Positions 22,101 to 32,644 of a stretch of DNA of 64,000 bases are shown piece after piece (the first letter of the stretch is position 1; the number at the start of each line of letters is the position of its first letter). The stretch spans positions 2,022,592 through 2,086,591 of the forward strand of contig NW_004797280.1 of the NCBI RefSeq assembly GCF_000002075.1, given 5' to 3'. The DNA is from Aplysia californica (Eukaryota). The notes under the pieces are model-generated. The model saw only the letters and a list, made by a program, of their open reading frames with translations, ran no database searches and was not told the origin of the DNA. The position numbers and the translations under genes were made by a program.

Positions 22101-24467
22101 ATAAGAAACTTCACAAATAAAAAATGTTGAAGCCAAGATAGAAGCCTGCAAGCTGCTACTTCCTCAAGTGGAAATGAAGCTGTCAAATGCTCAAGATGTG
22201 GCAAACTCTTCTCATCCTGATTTGGTCTCATTGGCCATTAAAGCAGAAGTCACAATTATTCCTTATTTCTTCTATTTCGCTCCAGAAATATTCTCCACTG
22301 CAGATGCGCATGTCATTGTCAGACATTGATGGACGAACTATTATTATTATACTTAATCAATTCCTACAATTGGGATTATGTTTGCAGAGAAAGGGAAAAA
22401 GACAATAAATTCAGTGTTCCTAAAAAATTGTAATCGCAAACATGCCAAGAGATCTGAGAGCAGCTTTTACTTTCACTCAGACTCATTGTAAGTTCTTCGA
22501 AACATCAAAGTCATAGTTTAACAAAAATTCCTTTATGTCTGTTTGTGACTCAAGACATTTTGTGTAGTCAACTGAAGTATTATTGTCTTTTTTCATCCAT
22601 TTCATGAGGTCAGTGATTTATTAATTATCATCGTTTTTAACCTAAAAATTCGACCCGTCAGTCTGAGTGGATCCTTATATGCTTCAAGCTTGACCCTTGA
22701 AAAAGTGATAGACTGAATCAAACTGGGGTTAGTAACTTTGTATAAATATAAGTGCAGGTTGGTCCTTATTCTCTCCTTTTCCTTTGTATTTTCTGTCTGT
22801 CATTTTCCTCTTTGCCATTACTGTTAGACTTTACTTTAATTGTCAGAACTGTTTGTGTCTAACTCTAACTCCCATTCTATATTTATGTCTCTTGTTTCTT
22901 TCTCAGCTGGAGCTGGTACAGTGCAAATATTCGAATCTGTCTGATGTCTCTTTCATGGATATCTGTCAGTTCAGGTAACTGATTGTCCCCTATTTAGGTC
23001 TACAAAGCCCTATTAACTTCGCACAGAGATACCGCCCAGTGTATTCCACTTCAGATACTTGCAGGGAGTTCAGGTCTGTTACAGAAATTTAAATCTTAAC
23101 CCTTTTGTTGACTTATGGCATCCCTGGTACGTCACAGAAATGGAAGTCCACAAAATTTCCCATTCCTGGTTGCCCATAACATTTCAAGAAATTTACATGT
23201 ACCTCAGGCCAATCACCTGGCTCTAATTTTTCTGTGCGGAGATTTAGCTGCAGGCACTACGTGGATTCGTATTCGGAAATAAAACGCACGCTTATCAGTA
23301 CCAAATTTGCTAGTGTTACTTTACTGCTAGGCTTGCAATACGTTACCACCAAAATTACTTTTTAAAAGGAATAGAATTACATTTTTTAACTTAAAATTGC
23401 AAGTTATTCGAAATTATGAGTAGGACGGGGGATACAGATATAGGAATTGACGAAAATTAGAAAAGTGACATGATTGAAGGTATGAAATGTCATGTCACAA
23501 ATGGGCTAGATCTAGACCTCGAGTCCATTACACTGAGACATGAGACTGCTGTACTGGGTAATGAGCTTAGCTGAAGATCAGTGCTGACACAAGGAATGTA
23601 TACCCACACTCAACTAGAGGGCTAAAGAGTTTTAGGCAAGTGAATTACTCTCCTCATCCTGCTGGTTAGTAGTACAGTGCAGCCTCTCTATAACGACATC
23701 ATCGGGACCAGAAAAAAATGTCTTTATAGAGAGGCAACCAGAAATTACTAATGATATATAAGGAAAAAATCGGGACCTGGGCACCATGTCGCTTTTCAGA
23801 GGATGCCATTATATCGAAGGTCGTTATAGAGAGGCTGCACTGTACCTGTGTCTTTCTTTTTACTATGCTCTCTCAGTGCACACAGGATCTCCTCACCTAA
23901 TGAAACAACAAAGGGTTGAAACACCAGAGATTTTGTTGCACTTTCCTTATGTCTCTAGTCATACCTACAAAATGTTAAAGTATTTCTCTTGCTGGGAATG
24001 TACATTTTTGGGGAATCAGTGCTTTTAGATAAGCCGATGGCCTGTCAGATGTACTCTTACCCTGTCCAAGCTATTTAGTGTTGTTGGATGTTGAAGGTTT
24101 TTTTTTGTGTTGGCTAATGGACCCACCTACTGCATTTTTTTGTGTGGCTGCAAGCACTAGACCCAAAGGAATAGCATTTTTCCTACGAACAGAGCATTTA
24201 TCTCTCTCAATGTGGTCTCTTTAATTGACATTCAACTGAATTCAATTGAATGCCTCAGTTTCTAATTTCAGACTTTCTTTTCAAAAGGACGTTAACTTTA
24301 TTGATATTGTTACGTTGTGATTGTTATATTGTTGGCAATTGTCTTGATGACACTCTGCTTTGCTCTTTTTCAGTGGCTCTGTGCATGTCCTGTGTGGAGG
24401 TGAAGGCCTTACTCTACATACACTGATTGATGGAACTGAAGCCATCACTGGCCAGAATGCATCATAG
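1113..24467 (+). CDS. WDR6: WD repeat-containing protein 6 (Trm734 orthologue, tRNA 2'-O-methyltransferase partner); whole gene span, 24 coding exons, 3780 nt, 1259 aa
   Basis: join(1113-1185,2869-2967,4120-4304,4870-4985,6045-6198,7160-7390,7804-7866,8356-8403,9216-9320,9770-9846,10914-11068,11687-11796,12277-12531,13153-13308,14315-14389,14769-14948,15643-15706,16385-16450,17080-17788,19150-19616,20119-20250,21770-21867,22907-22974,24374-24467). All introns are GT-AG and the phases join into one open frame. Recognised WDR6 motifs: [97 protein letters not shown]. Confidence 0.93.
1843..2679. mobile_element. Tc1/mariner (pogo/Tigger-like) MITE, about 840 bp
   Basis: TA|CAGT...ACTG|TA; homologous in inverted orientation to 40775-41653. 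Confidence 0.8.
2869..2967 (+). CDS. WDR6: WDR6 exon 2 (GCGSEITIF...VHGLRA)
   Basis: ccacag| acceptor, |gtgagt donor, in frame. Confidence 0.85.
3345..3608 (+). mobile_element. Non-LTR retrotransposon 3' end (CCHC zinc knuckle, (GAA)n tail)
   Basis: [20 protein letters not shown]...LQEKLYG, followed by GAA repeats. Confidence 0.75.
4120..4304 (+). CDS. WDR6: WDR6 exon 3 (CVFGAK...DWIWDARWL)
   Basis: tttcag| acceptor, |gttagt donor; within ORF 4110-4328. Confidence 0.9.
4870..4985 (+). CDS. WDR6: WDR6 exon 4 (VALALAHN...EKCIL)
   Basis: tttcag| acceptor; ends at U12-type donor GTATCCTTT, phase 2. Confidence 0.9.
4986..6044 (+). other. U12-type (minor spliceosome) GT-AG intron, WDR6 intron 4
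   Basis: 5'SS GTATCCTTT; TTTTTAAC branch-like motif about 10 nt before CAG; needed for the frame (EKCIL|YCAHF). Confidence 0.85.
6045..6198 (+). CDS. WDR6: WDR6 exon 5 (YCAHFIG...AAGTVFN...SGHK)
   Basis: attcag| acceptor, |gtatgt donor. Confidence 0.9.
6474..6677. mobile_element. piggyBac-type MITE
   Basis: TTAA|CCTCTTCACTGCTGA...TCAGCAGTGAAGGGG|TTAA. Confidence 0.75.
6728..6800. repeat. (ATT)/(CAT) microsatellite
   Basis: Directly visible. Confidence 0.9.
7160..7390 (+). CDS. WDR6: WDR6 exon 6 (GVIFS...[11 protein letters not shown]...GHSARVW...SVGE)
   Basis: WD40 motifs; canonical splice sites. Confidence 0.95.
7804..7866 (+). CDS. WDR6: WDR6 exon 7 ([21 protein letters not shown])
   Basis: in frame, AG/GT. 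Confidence 0.92.
8356..8403 (+). CDS. WDR6: WDR6 exon 8 ([16 protein letters not shown])
   Basis: in frame, AG/GT. Confidence 0.9.
9098..9190. repeat. (ATT)n microsatellite
   Basis: Directly visible. Confidence 0.9.
9216..9320 (+). CDS. WDR6: WDR6 exon 9 ([12 protein letters not shown]...)
   Basis: in frame, |gtaagt donor. Confidence 0.9.
9500..9677. mobile_element. Tc1/mariner MITE, about 180-bp family
   Basis: Homologous to 16538-16719 and 19740-19916; TA flanks. Confidence 0.7.
9702..9765 (+). repeat. 15-bp tandem repeat x4 (TGTTCCCATTTTCTA)
   Basis: Directly visible; abuts the WDR6 exon 10 acceptor. Confidence 0.95.
9770..9846 (+). CDS. WDR6: WDR6 exon 10 (CHGQEDFPR...MNSG)
   Basis: in frame, phase 2 donor. 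Confidence 0.85.
9908..10368. mobile_element. Probable MITE
   Basis: gaacatgactatagtgg vs ccgctatagctatgttc imperfect inverted ends; GC-richer interior. Confidence 0.45.
10914..11068 (+). CDS. WDR6: WDR6 exon 11 (FHSYSVV...LAVGSISG)
   Basis: in frame; within ORF 10903-11184. Confidence 0.88.
11687..11796 (+). CDS. WDR6: WDR6 exon 12 ([10 protein letters not shown]...SGPLG)
   Basis: in frame, |gtgagt donor. Confidence 0.88.
12277..12531 (+). CDS. WDR6: WDR6 exon 13 ([12 protein letters not shown]...[11 protein letters not shown])
   Basis: WDR6 motif; within ORF 12259-12585. Confidence 0.92.
13153..13308 (+). CDS. WDR6: WDR6 exon 14 (VHSKAGVT...TAGRDG)
   Basis: in frame, AG/GT. Confidence 0.92.
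13363..13895 (+). mobile_element. Full-length tRNA-derived Nin/Deu-like SINE (family A)
   Basis: A box TGGCCTAGAGG, B box GTTCGAATCC, pyrimidine-rich linker, Nin-like core, shared tail, poly(A). Confidence 0.85.
14315..14389 (+). CDS. WDR6: WDR6 exon 15 (ILKGLEWI...YGFFS)
   Basis: in frame, |gtaagt donor. Confidence 0.9.
14769..14948 (+). CDS. WDR6: WDR6 exon 16 (CGGGHRSW)
   Basis: diagnostic WDR6 motif. Confidence 0.93.
15643..15706 (+). CDS. WDR6: WDR6 exon 17 (APLHGRE...)
   Basis: LHGRE motif, phase 1 donor. Confidence 0.9.
16385..16450 (+). CDS. WDR6: WDR6 exon 18 (CTASEDTSL)
   Basis: TxSEDT motif; ends at U12-type donor GTATCCTTT, phase 1. Confidence 0.88.
16451..17079 (+). other. 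U12-type GT-AG intron, WDR6 intron 18
   Basis: 5'SS GTATCCTTT; TTCTTTACC branch-like motif close to the AG; the nearby GT at 16441 is out of frame. Confidence 0.75.
16538..16719. mobile_element. Tc1/mariner MITE, about 180-bp family
   Basis: aaattgtccaagatggccac...gcaggttcaaatg. Confidence 0.7.
17080..17788 (+). CDS. WDR6: WDR6 exon 19 (GHLSSVR...[11 protein letters not shown]...AGSDGVL)
   Basis: within 246-aa ORF 17052-17792. Confidence 0.93.
17995..18591 (-). mobile_element. Diverged family A SINE interrupted by a second SINE
   Basis: Reverse complement matches the head (ggaggctctagtggtcta) and core (gttgcgcac..aaagatcccttggtgg) of the 13363 copy. Confidence 0.75.
18332..18502 (+). mobile_element. 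5'-truncated SINE (family C) with 11-bp TSD AGAGAGCAAGA
   Basis: TSD at 18321-18331 and 18503-18513; body matches 26930-27045; shared tail and A-run. Confidence 0.75.
19150..19616 (+). CDS. WDR6: WDR6 exon 20 (FHKGCVLKV...HQSGVNSL)
   Basis: within ORF 19157-19645. Confidence 0.92.
19740..19916. mobile_element. Tc1/mariner MITE, about 180-bp family
   Basis: aaattgtctaaaatggccac...gcaggttccactg. Confidence 0.7.
20119..20250 (+). CDS. WDR6: WDR6 exon 21 (ASGGDDNA...HAAQVT)
   Basis: WDR6 motif; AG/GT. Confidence 0.93.
20505..20750 (-). mobile_element. RTE-clade LINE 3' end
   Basis: Minus-strand translation [36 protein letters not shown]. Confidence 0.8.
21395..21633. mobile_element. piggyBac-type MITE (about 240 bp)
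   Basis: TTAA|CCC...GGG|TTAA; family with 25089-25333 and 39121-39357. Confidence 0.8.
21770..21867 (+). CDS. WDR6: WDR6 exon 22 ([11 protein letters not shown])
   Basis: in frame, |gtgagt donor. Confidence 0.92.
21900..22350 (+). mobile_element. Degraded RTE-BovB-like LINE 3' end
   Basis: [22 protein letters not shown]...DRPSWR; gatggacgaac(tat)n end. Confidence 0.7.
22907..22974 (+). CDS. WDR6: WDR6 exon 23 ([10 protein letters not shown])
   Basis: in frame, phase 2. Confidence 0.88.
23675..23842. mobile_element. Tc1/mariner MITE
   Basis: Perfect 23-bp TIR CAGTGCAGCCTCTCTATAACGAC, TA TSD. Confidence 0.85.
24374..24467 (+). CDS. WDR6: WDR6 exon 24, terminal (CGGEGL...stop TAG)
   Basis: in frame; AATAAA 27 nt after the stop. 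Confidence 0.87.
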
Positions 24468-24493
24468 AAGCCTGTCCCATGCTATCTGTGCAC

Positions 24494-24499
24494 AATAAA
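24494..24499 (+). terminator. Probable WDR6 polyadenylation signal
   Basis: AATAAA followed by a GT/T-rich element (gtgttttttgggg) about 20 nt downstream. Confidence 0.65.
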
Positions 24500-25088
24500 T
24501 TATTTACATTATACTCCTGAGTGTTTTTTGGGGTAGTCTGTAAATGTTACTGTTACTTCACTTTTTAAATGATCTATTCAGTGTTTGTTGTTAAGAGTTT
24601 CAATGTGCAGTGGTTGCCATTCTGCTTTTAGAGAGATCTACTTTGCCTAGACTTGGTACAAGGATATGCTTGGACAGGATAACGGTTGTATGATATCAGT
24701 AAAGATAGAGAGTTTATCAAAGGCAGCCAGCCCAGCTTTGGTAGGCTTACTTTTCCTCTACTATTTCATCTGTGAAGGTGTCATCCGTGAGTACAGGGTT
24801 CTCACAGAACTGTAACATTTCTACTTAGTCTGAGAAGACCACGTTACCTGTACTTGGATCACAGATTTTAAGAAGTAAGAAAGAACCATTTCCTGCATGA
24901 AAAGAGGAAACCATGGTACATTGTCACAAAAGGCAAATGCAGTACCCCAGACCAGAGCTTGCCAACCTGGGCGGCATCATCCACTAGTGGGCAATTTGAT
25001 TATTTTGGTGGGCTGTGGGGATCAACAAGGTAGTTACAGAGTGTTGTATATTGTTGGTGGGCGGTTGGAAAATTTTAGCCCCCCTTAA

Positions 25089-25333
25089 CTCTATCCGTGC
25101 GTTGTATTTTACTATCGTATCCATACGACGTGGGGAACTCTGTGCCACCAACCACTTTCAAAGAGGAAATTTACTTGTTAATCCGATCCGTACGCTTTGC
25201 ATAGCAATAGCAGTTGGTCAAAATGATTTTATGAGAAATTAAGTTTCAAGGAGATCTTCGTTCTAGAAGTATTCTAAAATGTGAAGAATACAACCCCTGG
25301 GGTACAAAATTACCCCAGGGCGTACGGATAGGG
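25089..25333. mobile_element. piggyBac-type MITE (about 240 bp)
   Basis: TTAA TSD; TIR ccctatccgtacg-like. Confidence 0.8.
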
Positions 25334-25999
25334 TTAAACAAAAAGGGGCACTGGCTATAAAAAGGATGACAAGTTCTGCTTTAGACTCGAGAGCCCCATC
25401 CCTTTAATGGACATAACAGCTGCACCCTTGAGTCTTTTGTCATTTCTAAAACTAAAATCTTAGTAAAGTATGTATCAACATAATAACAACAAATCCAGCC
25501 AGATCGAGTTTTGCTTAAAAGTTTATTGGCATAAAATAAATGGAGCTGTGATTAACATAATCCACTTAGACATTCAGAGGGAAAGAATAAGTTGATACAG
25601 TAGTATAAAAAAACTTGTAAAATTATACAACATACCTCAGCTTGAACTGAATTATGGATAGCATCACAGAGTTAGCAATATGCAGTGTACAGTGAATCCC
25701 TCTTTTATGAACAGAAGAGAGTGATGAATGATCAGATAAAAGTAAGAGATCTCTATAGTTGAGAAGTATATATGGATAAAATTGCAGATGGCGATCAGGA
25801 GGTGATAGAGTAATACTTGTGGTTTTTGGAAACATGAGACTACCTCTTTTGGCATTTGTAAAAGTAAAAGCTTCCAGTTTCATGAAAATATTTACCTAGA
25901 AGGTCAAAGTGTTCTGATTCTTTCAGCCCCTTAGTGAGTTCTCTACACGATGTATTAAGTACTGTATTATAGGTATTGGAAAGTATTTATATTGAGGCA

Positions 26000-26190
26000 A
26001 CTCATCATCCTCATTGCCTTTCTCACCCTGAATCAGAATATTGGCCACGAACAAACACTTTCCACCTTTCCCTACCCTGAGCTAGCCGCTTGATGTTATT
26101 CCATGTCTTCCCACTTTTCTGTACATCAATTTTGGGACTCTTCTCCAGGTTCCATGTGGTCATCCCCTTGATCTTTTACCTTGAGGCAAC
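26000..26190 (-). mobile_element. Degraded RTE LINE 3' end
   Basis: Reverse complement resembles PQGKRSRG.P..TWRR with a gatgatga tail. Confidence 0.55.
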
Positions 26191-26929
26191 AAGTGCTGTA
26201 TAAATTTAGCATCACCTGACTTTAGTTATCATGTATCACCATAAAAGCGTCTTCAGGCCTCTTTACAAAACATTTCAAACAATAGAGGTCATCATATGCT
26301 TCTTTCATATATCTGGAGAAAAACTAAGTGCTTATATCGTGGACATTTCAAATTAGACAAAAATTCATTAGAATTAGAAGCATGAAACTAAGTCTTTCTT
26401 TACTGAATTTTAATATGCCATTGAGCACCAAAAGATAAGCTTATTGTAAAAAAAAATTGCAGCTACGAACGTGAGAAATTGTACACTTTTTGACTTGAAA
26501 AATGACTTCATGCACTGGAAATAAATTTTGCCTGCTTTCTGTAGGCACATATATATATTATAGTATAGCCGTTCTATTGACAGGTACAAAAGTACAAAAC
26601 TTGGAATTGAAGAAAAGTTCCTAGCATGAACTGAAATTAGAAAATGGTAAGATAATGCATTCCGCTTCAATTATGACTTAGAGTGAATGAAATGTTAGAT
26701 GCCATGAAGTAAGAATACTAGACCAAGTAGATGGGCCCCCAAAACGATTTCACCTTCAATGATACAAAATATATCATGAGTGTGCATGAATATTGAGTGA
26801 GCAGGACAACAACACAACTATTGTCATTTAATGCGGGAAAGCAAGATAGATCCAACAAAGAGAAAGAAAAGAAGTAGGACCTTCCAGTCTCATCCTCCAA
26901 GGTATGTGTGTTTGTTGAAAAGTACAACG

Positions 26930-27100
26930 TGGTTAGTTGGCGGGCACACTGGTGTGATTTGCTCCTTCTTTCCTATCGCACATCGATTCTCTTTATCTTT
27001 TCTTTTTTTTTTGTGAGTTGCTCTCCAGTAACATCTCTAATCTTAAACACTTACACTATCTATTTGTATTGGAAGTGCCGTAAAACTCTCAATAAAACTA
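26930..27100 (+). mobile_element. SINE family C-related fragment
   Basis: ctggtgtgatttgctccttctttcctatc similar to 18350-18380; ends gccgtaaaactctcaataaaac. Confidence 0.55.
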
Positions 27101-27424
27101 AATGCACATGAAGGAAAAAAGAACAAAAGCACCATACCAAAACCTCAAAGCAAAAAGTAGCTGAGGCAGAAGAAATCTATATAAACATCAAAAGCATCTG
27201 GATAAATACACCATCCAATAAAGGTCTCCAAGTATATATTCATAACATCTGAAGTCTCTGGTTCATCATATTTTTTATATAAATCATAAGTCAAGTAATG
27301 ATACTTAAAGGAGTTAATTACCTTGAGATTGTCTCAAGACAAATCAGTCCAGACATAATTTTGCAATAAAGCAAAACTAAATGAAGAAGGCCTAAAAATA
27401 ACGAAGGTGTCACAAGAAGGAAAT

Positions 27425-27670
27425 TTTCTGGTCTTCCTCACTCAACCTAGGTGGAAATGGGTACATTGTAGCACCTGGCTGTAGACAGTGAAAGATGTTG
27501 TCAGTTTGTTAGTGTTTTAGAGCGTAAAATCCGTAGCTTGCACTGTAACTGTAACTGTAAGCTTCCCGGGAAGCCGAGAGTGTTTTAGAGTCGGCTGGGG
27601 GTAATAATAGTTGTAAAGTGCATAGACCAAGCTGCTGAGAGTGGATATACGCTATAAATGCAATCATTAA
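27425..27670 (+). mobile_element. CORE-type SINE 3' portion
   Basis: cctcactcaacctaggtggaaatgggtac ... gcttcccgggaag ... ttgtaaagtgc...gctataaatgc. Confidence 0.6.
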
Positions 27671-29022
27671 TAGAATGTCCAATTTATATTGCCAAATTAT
27701 ATTTTTTTTAAAGAAAACAAAACAAGCAAAAGTCCAGCAAAATCCAAAACATCAGGAAAAAACAAAAACAAAGAAAAAGCAATCATAATACTAATACACG
27801 TTCACACAAAACTTTTTTTTCCACACCACAAAAATCAAATATCACACAAGCAGCATTGACATTCAAAATATATACTTTTTTTTTTCAAAATAAAAAAAAA
27901 ACATGCTCATTTTTTTTTTCAAGGGAGATATTTATAGTCATCAATATCATCAGTATGATGCAGCTGCAAAGACAGTTTGGTCCTCTTGTGCTATATCACT
28001 TGTGCCTCAGCATTAAAAAATTAATGAGAAGAATCTTTCACCTATTTACATGTAATAGTGATAGGGTAATTTAAAATATTGTAAAGCATCGCCACCATCA
28101 ATAAGAGAGAGAACATTGATTCAGACAATCTTTCCCCTTAAAGCAGATTAGAACTTCGGAGCAATCTTAAACACTTAATTCCAAAGTCCTATGACTCTCA
28201 ATTTATTGCTCCAAAGTAGAAAGAGCACCTCTTGGGAAAATTGAAAGGAGGAAAAGATTCCTATTTAGTATAGAACCTGTGCTTTGTATGGAGGCAGCAT
28301 AACTGCTAATACTGATATGTGACTTTTTAAAGTGATGAAACTCTGTGGTGAACTTCTCAATACCATCCCTGAGTACTCTCTTTCTTTAACAATAATATAT
28401 CGACTGCTTCGTGTAAGACTCTGCCATATGCTATTTTGAAAAGTGAAGTACGATGAAGTCTTATTCTGAGCAGTCTATATTGTACATGCGTTGCCTAAAA
28501 TACCCAACATGCATAAGAAAACAGAAATTTTAAAACTTTATAGGACCTTGAAAGACGACTTTTTCAGCCTCCAGTAAGTGTCAGTAACAGTAACAGTGGT
28601 ATGAGAAATAAATCACAAATTTAAAAAAGAGATCTCCAGCCTTCCTGTTTGAGTCTGTGCCTCATTGTTCTCATGTTTTTAATGTTTTTAATTTTTTTTT
28701 CCCATTCATAAACATGTCCGAAAAACTGTTTGTTTCAAGTACATATACAACAACTGCAATAAAAAAATAAACCAGTCCTTCTGGTAGGAATTTGTTCCCC
28801 TCTGTTATATCTCCTATTCCTTTATTTATGCAAGGTCTCTTTACCTTGTCAATGCTAGTAACTATTTTTCTCATAAGAATAAAGCCTGCGATGTTGAATT
28901 TCTAACTTTTCCTGACCCTATAATCAAAACACAATTAATAAAACTTGCTTTTCTGCAACAACAAACATCCTGATTACTGTTCAGCTGTTTAATTAAAGCA
29001 TTATCACCAACTACCATTCAAA

Positions 29023-29120
29023 TGAAGATAAGACTGTAAATGAAGTATATCAACAAGACTGAAGATTGTAAATGAAGTACATCAACAAGACTGAAGATTG
29101 TAAATGAAGTACATCAACAA
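29023..29120. repeat. 32-bp tandem repeat, about 3 copies
   Basis: aagactgaagattgtaaatgaagtacatcaac. Confidence 0.85.
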
Positions 29121-29631
29121 CACATATTTCTTTGCTGATAGTCAACAGAAGTTGGAAGGCATTGTGAGAAAATCATCATCATACAAAGGATTAAGACAGT
29201 AAACAAAACTTTTTAAAAAATTGCATAGAACCAAATCACCATAAAAGAAGAAAAACAAGGTGAAATTTTAAAATACATATTGGGCAACAAAAAAGAAATT
29301 TAAAAAAATATGAATACTTGTGGTTTTCCAAAAACAACACATACATTAATTCGCTTGATGAGCAAATCCCAGTGAGCTTTTCACATAGCAGTTTAAAAAC
29401 CCCCAGAAAACAAGTTAACAAAGACAAATTAAAAAAGAACAAGACTTGTCTGAGAAGAATAGATAGCACTTCAAGTAGGGACTGAACATTTCCCTTGTGC
29501 AAAGAGTACTCAGTGTTTTATATTACCTTAAAAAATGCAACACATTTTGATTTTGTCAGAAAAAAATAAATAGAACTTTGGACTATAAAAAACACAACAA
29601 AAAACCTGTTCAAAACAAAGCATTCTCTACT

Positions 29632-30012
29632 ATAGTATAATCCTAACTGATATCGACATGCCTTGGGAAGTGGATTTGATGTCGAGATAAAAATGATGAT
29701 AAATGAAAATAAAGCCAAAGAGGAAAAAACAAGGGGAGGTCAGCGGTAAAAAGACAACACTACTTTTTTAAGCTGGTTGCTTCCATTGATGGGGGGGGAG
29801 TTACAGTACCAAAGACCGAGCGGCGCCTTTTTTTCCCCATTTATGTTCGTGGGCTTCGCCAGGTACCCAGGAAGCATGTCGATAAAGCATAGTGGGCCGA
29901 AAAAAGTCGATAAGAGAAATTGTTTAGTGAAGATATTGAAGGAAAAATTTCGTAATTGGAAAATATGTCAAAATGTTGATACATCAGCTGTCGATATAAG
30001 TGGATTATACAG
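29632..30012. mobile_element. Degraded Tigger-like MITE
   Basis: gtataatcc / ggattatac inverted ends with repeated tcgaca/tgtcga motifs. Confidence 0.45.
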
Positions 30013-32557
30013 TAGGCCTACATAAAGTCTCTACATAAAAAAAAAAGTCTCTGCATACTGTATACCATAATTTTAAACGATGAAAGTAATTTTCTAAACT
30101 TATGAACTGAGGATTTCAATTCTTCTGACTAGTACAGTCATGAACTGAAGGTTGCAAAAATGCACTAGATTTTGACAATACAAACCATGCCAACACAAAA
30201 TACTGTGATAAACAAAGCATGATGAAACTCGATTATTCTAACTAGTAACTGCAGTCTACCCTCTTTATCACTCCACTGGTTCTTGCCACACAAGACACTG
30301 AGGCTGTATGGACACCTTCCAGCCTAAGTGACTGGTCACCCACAAGACACTCAAAAAACAATGTAGTCCAATAGCCGTATTTCACCTTTTTATATGATTG
30401 AAATGCAATATATAATGAATATGGCAAGGTTAACTGTTTTCAACAGAAAACATTTTGCAGAAAAACCCTCATATACTGGCATAAGTAGCCTATAATTGTT
30501 ACAGTGGAACAGTTGAGGACTCACACTGAAACTTATACAAAGAACATTCACAATTCTTATAATCAGAATCATCAATTTTTTTCTCATTCTCAACCCTTGC
30601 AAGATGAGGAAAAAATGTAATGTAGAAATATCATTTTGAACATTTTGGTCAGAGAGTTGATGCCAACTACTGAACAATCCTACTAATACCATCCCTTTGT
30701 AGTAAGAACCAAAAAAAAAGCATCCATCAGAATTAATTTTATCTCTATGCAAAAGAGGGACTTATATTGGTTATGATGATTTGATATGACAAAAAACAAC
30801 CCAACAAACAAGCATGAGTTGGATAAAGGATGCAAAGATGTGATAAAATGACTACAGTAACGGAAAACATATGGCAGTGAAAAGAGCAAGTCTGTGAAAT
30901 AAGCAGCCACTTTCTGCTCCATAGTTTCATGATGGAACAAAGACTTTAGTATTTCGTCTACATAGTAAAGTAATCAAGCAACATCACACAGTGTGTAAAT
31001 GCCTCATTCCTTCTCACTGAAAAATGTATAAGACAACTATGGGATCTATAGGTTTAGGAATGATCCTTTACATCAATATCATCTTGTAAGTTGAAACTTT
31101 AATATCAAATATTATGCAAAGAAATATGGCCCAGTTGACTATTTTTAAAATATTCAAAACAACTCAGTTCAAGCATAAAGGAAACAATTTAAAAAAAAAT
31201 ATTTTCAGTAATGGCGGCAAGCTTTTGGAATGCAGATAAAAATGAAATGGCTCCTCAATAAACAACATTTTTAACAGATGTATTTCTCCACCCATTGTAC
31301 CATATTGCAAGCGACAGAAAGTAAATATGAAACTAATATCGGCACAATTGTTTCCTTAAGACAAACAAAAGAAAACATAAGAAATCAAAGGGTCTAGTCT
31401 GGTCCATTTTAAAACTTACAACGCATTCTTTCAATACTGATGCCAATCTGTTCTTGAGTATTTTAAAAATATTTGTTAAAACCCTTTTAGTCATTCTTTT
31501 GAACAGCGACTGAACATTTAGATTCTCCACTAGACTTTTCTGCTCATCTTTCAAATACAGAGTATTAAAAAAACCCACATTGTATGGAGAGCTATGTAGT
31601 GGCACTGATACAAAATATAAAATAAATGTCATGTGACGTATCTGCCCAAATTTCAAAGACCAATGTAAAGATACACCACAGGTAACTCATTTGGACTCAG
31701 AATGTTAGACATTTTCACTTGCTGTGGTGAGCCTGACCATGTTTCACATTTTAAGACATATAATTCTTTTTATTGTAATGTACCTGTCTAGTCAAGTATA
31801 AACACTACGCAATTATATTGTTATCAAAGAAGACCTTTACGACTATATTACTTGGACTGACAAGTGAAGAGTTGTCTGTTGTACAGAAGTACTGTAAAAG
31901 TTCTGTCTGTAGCAGAGTACTTCAAACTTCTGCATTCTGAAATATCTTTTTAAAATAGCTGCTTGAATGGGTACAGGGTAACCAGTTATTAGGACCTTTT
32001 AAAAATACTGTTATATTTTACTGTTTTCAATATTAGATGTAGGCAAAGAACAGCCATTTAAAGCTGAGTGGTATAAAGAGTAGGAGAATTACTTTTCCTC
32101 CAATACACAGGTGTGAAATGAAAACTTAAAGAGTAAAAGAGAAAACAGCTGTTGAAAACTAAACAACCTCTGACAGCCATTACATCTTCAAACTTGGATA
32201 TAATATTCGACCAGAAGTAATGACCTGAGCAATTTTAAGACCTGATAATAAAGATTATGACGATAAAATTTTTTAAAAATGAAACAGTCGCAGCAGTAGT
32301 ACCACAATCACAATATCGAAGTATCGAGGCAACTTTGTCGGTAAAATATGTCATCAAACTGGTGTCCACAAGCAGCAATCACAATATGGATATCTCACAT
32401 ATATTGTAAACAAATAACGTCAGTTAAGACCGGTGATTACAAAACGGCAGGCATCGATTAAAGTTTTACACAAAATAATAATACTTTTCTAAGGGAACAG
32501 TGATCTAACACTGAAATTTCATCAAGCCATATCAACTGGTAAGAAAGAACATTTTGC

Positions 32558-32644
32558 TCACTCCTTGCGTTCAGACAGGATTTTCAGCACCTCAGCCTTT
32601 TCCTTTTGAGCTTTTGCTATAGCAAGATCAATATCACCTTTCAC
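32558..32644 (-). CDS. FTCD: FTCD exon 14, terminal
   Basis: VKGDIDLA...LSERKE stop TGA. Confidence 0.9.
   Translation of the reverse strand: MKGDIDLAIAKAQKEKAEVLKILSERKE

Noticed and set aside
29023-29120. Short repeats resembling a CRISPR array
   Set aside because: Head-to-tail tandem repeat without spacers, in a eukaryotic genome with no cas genes.
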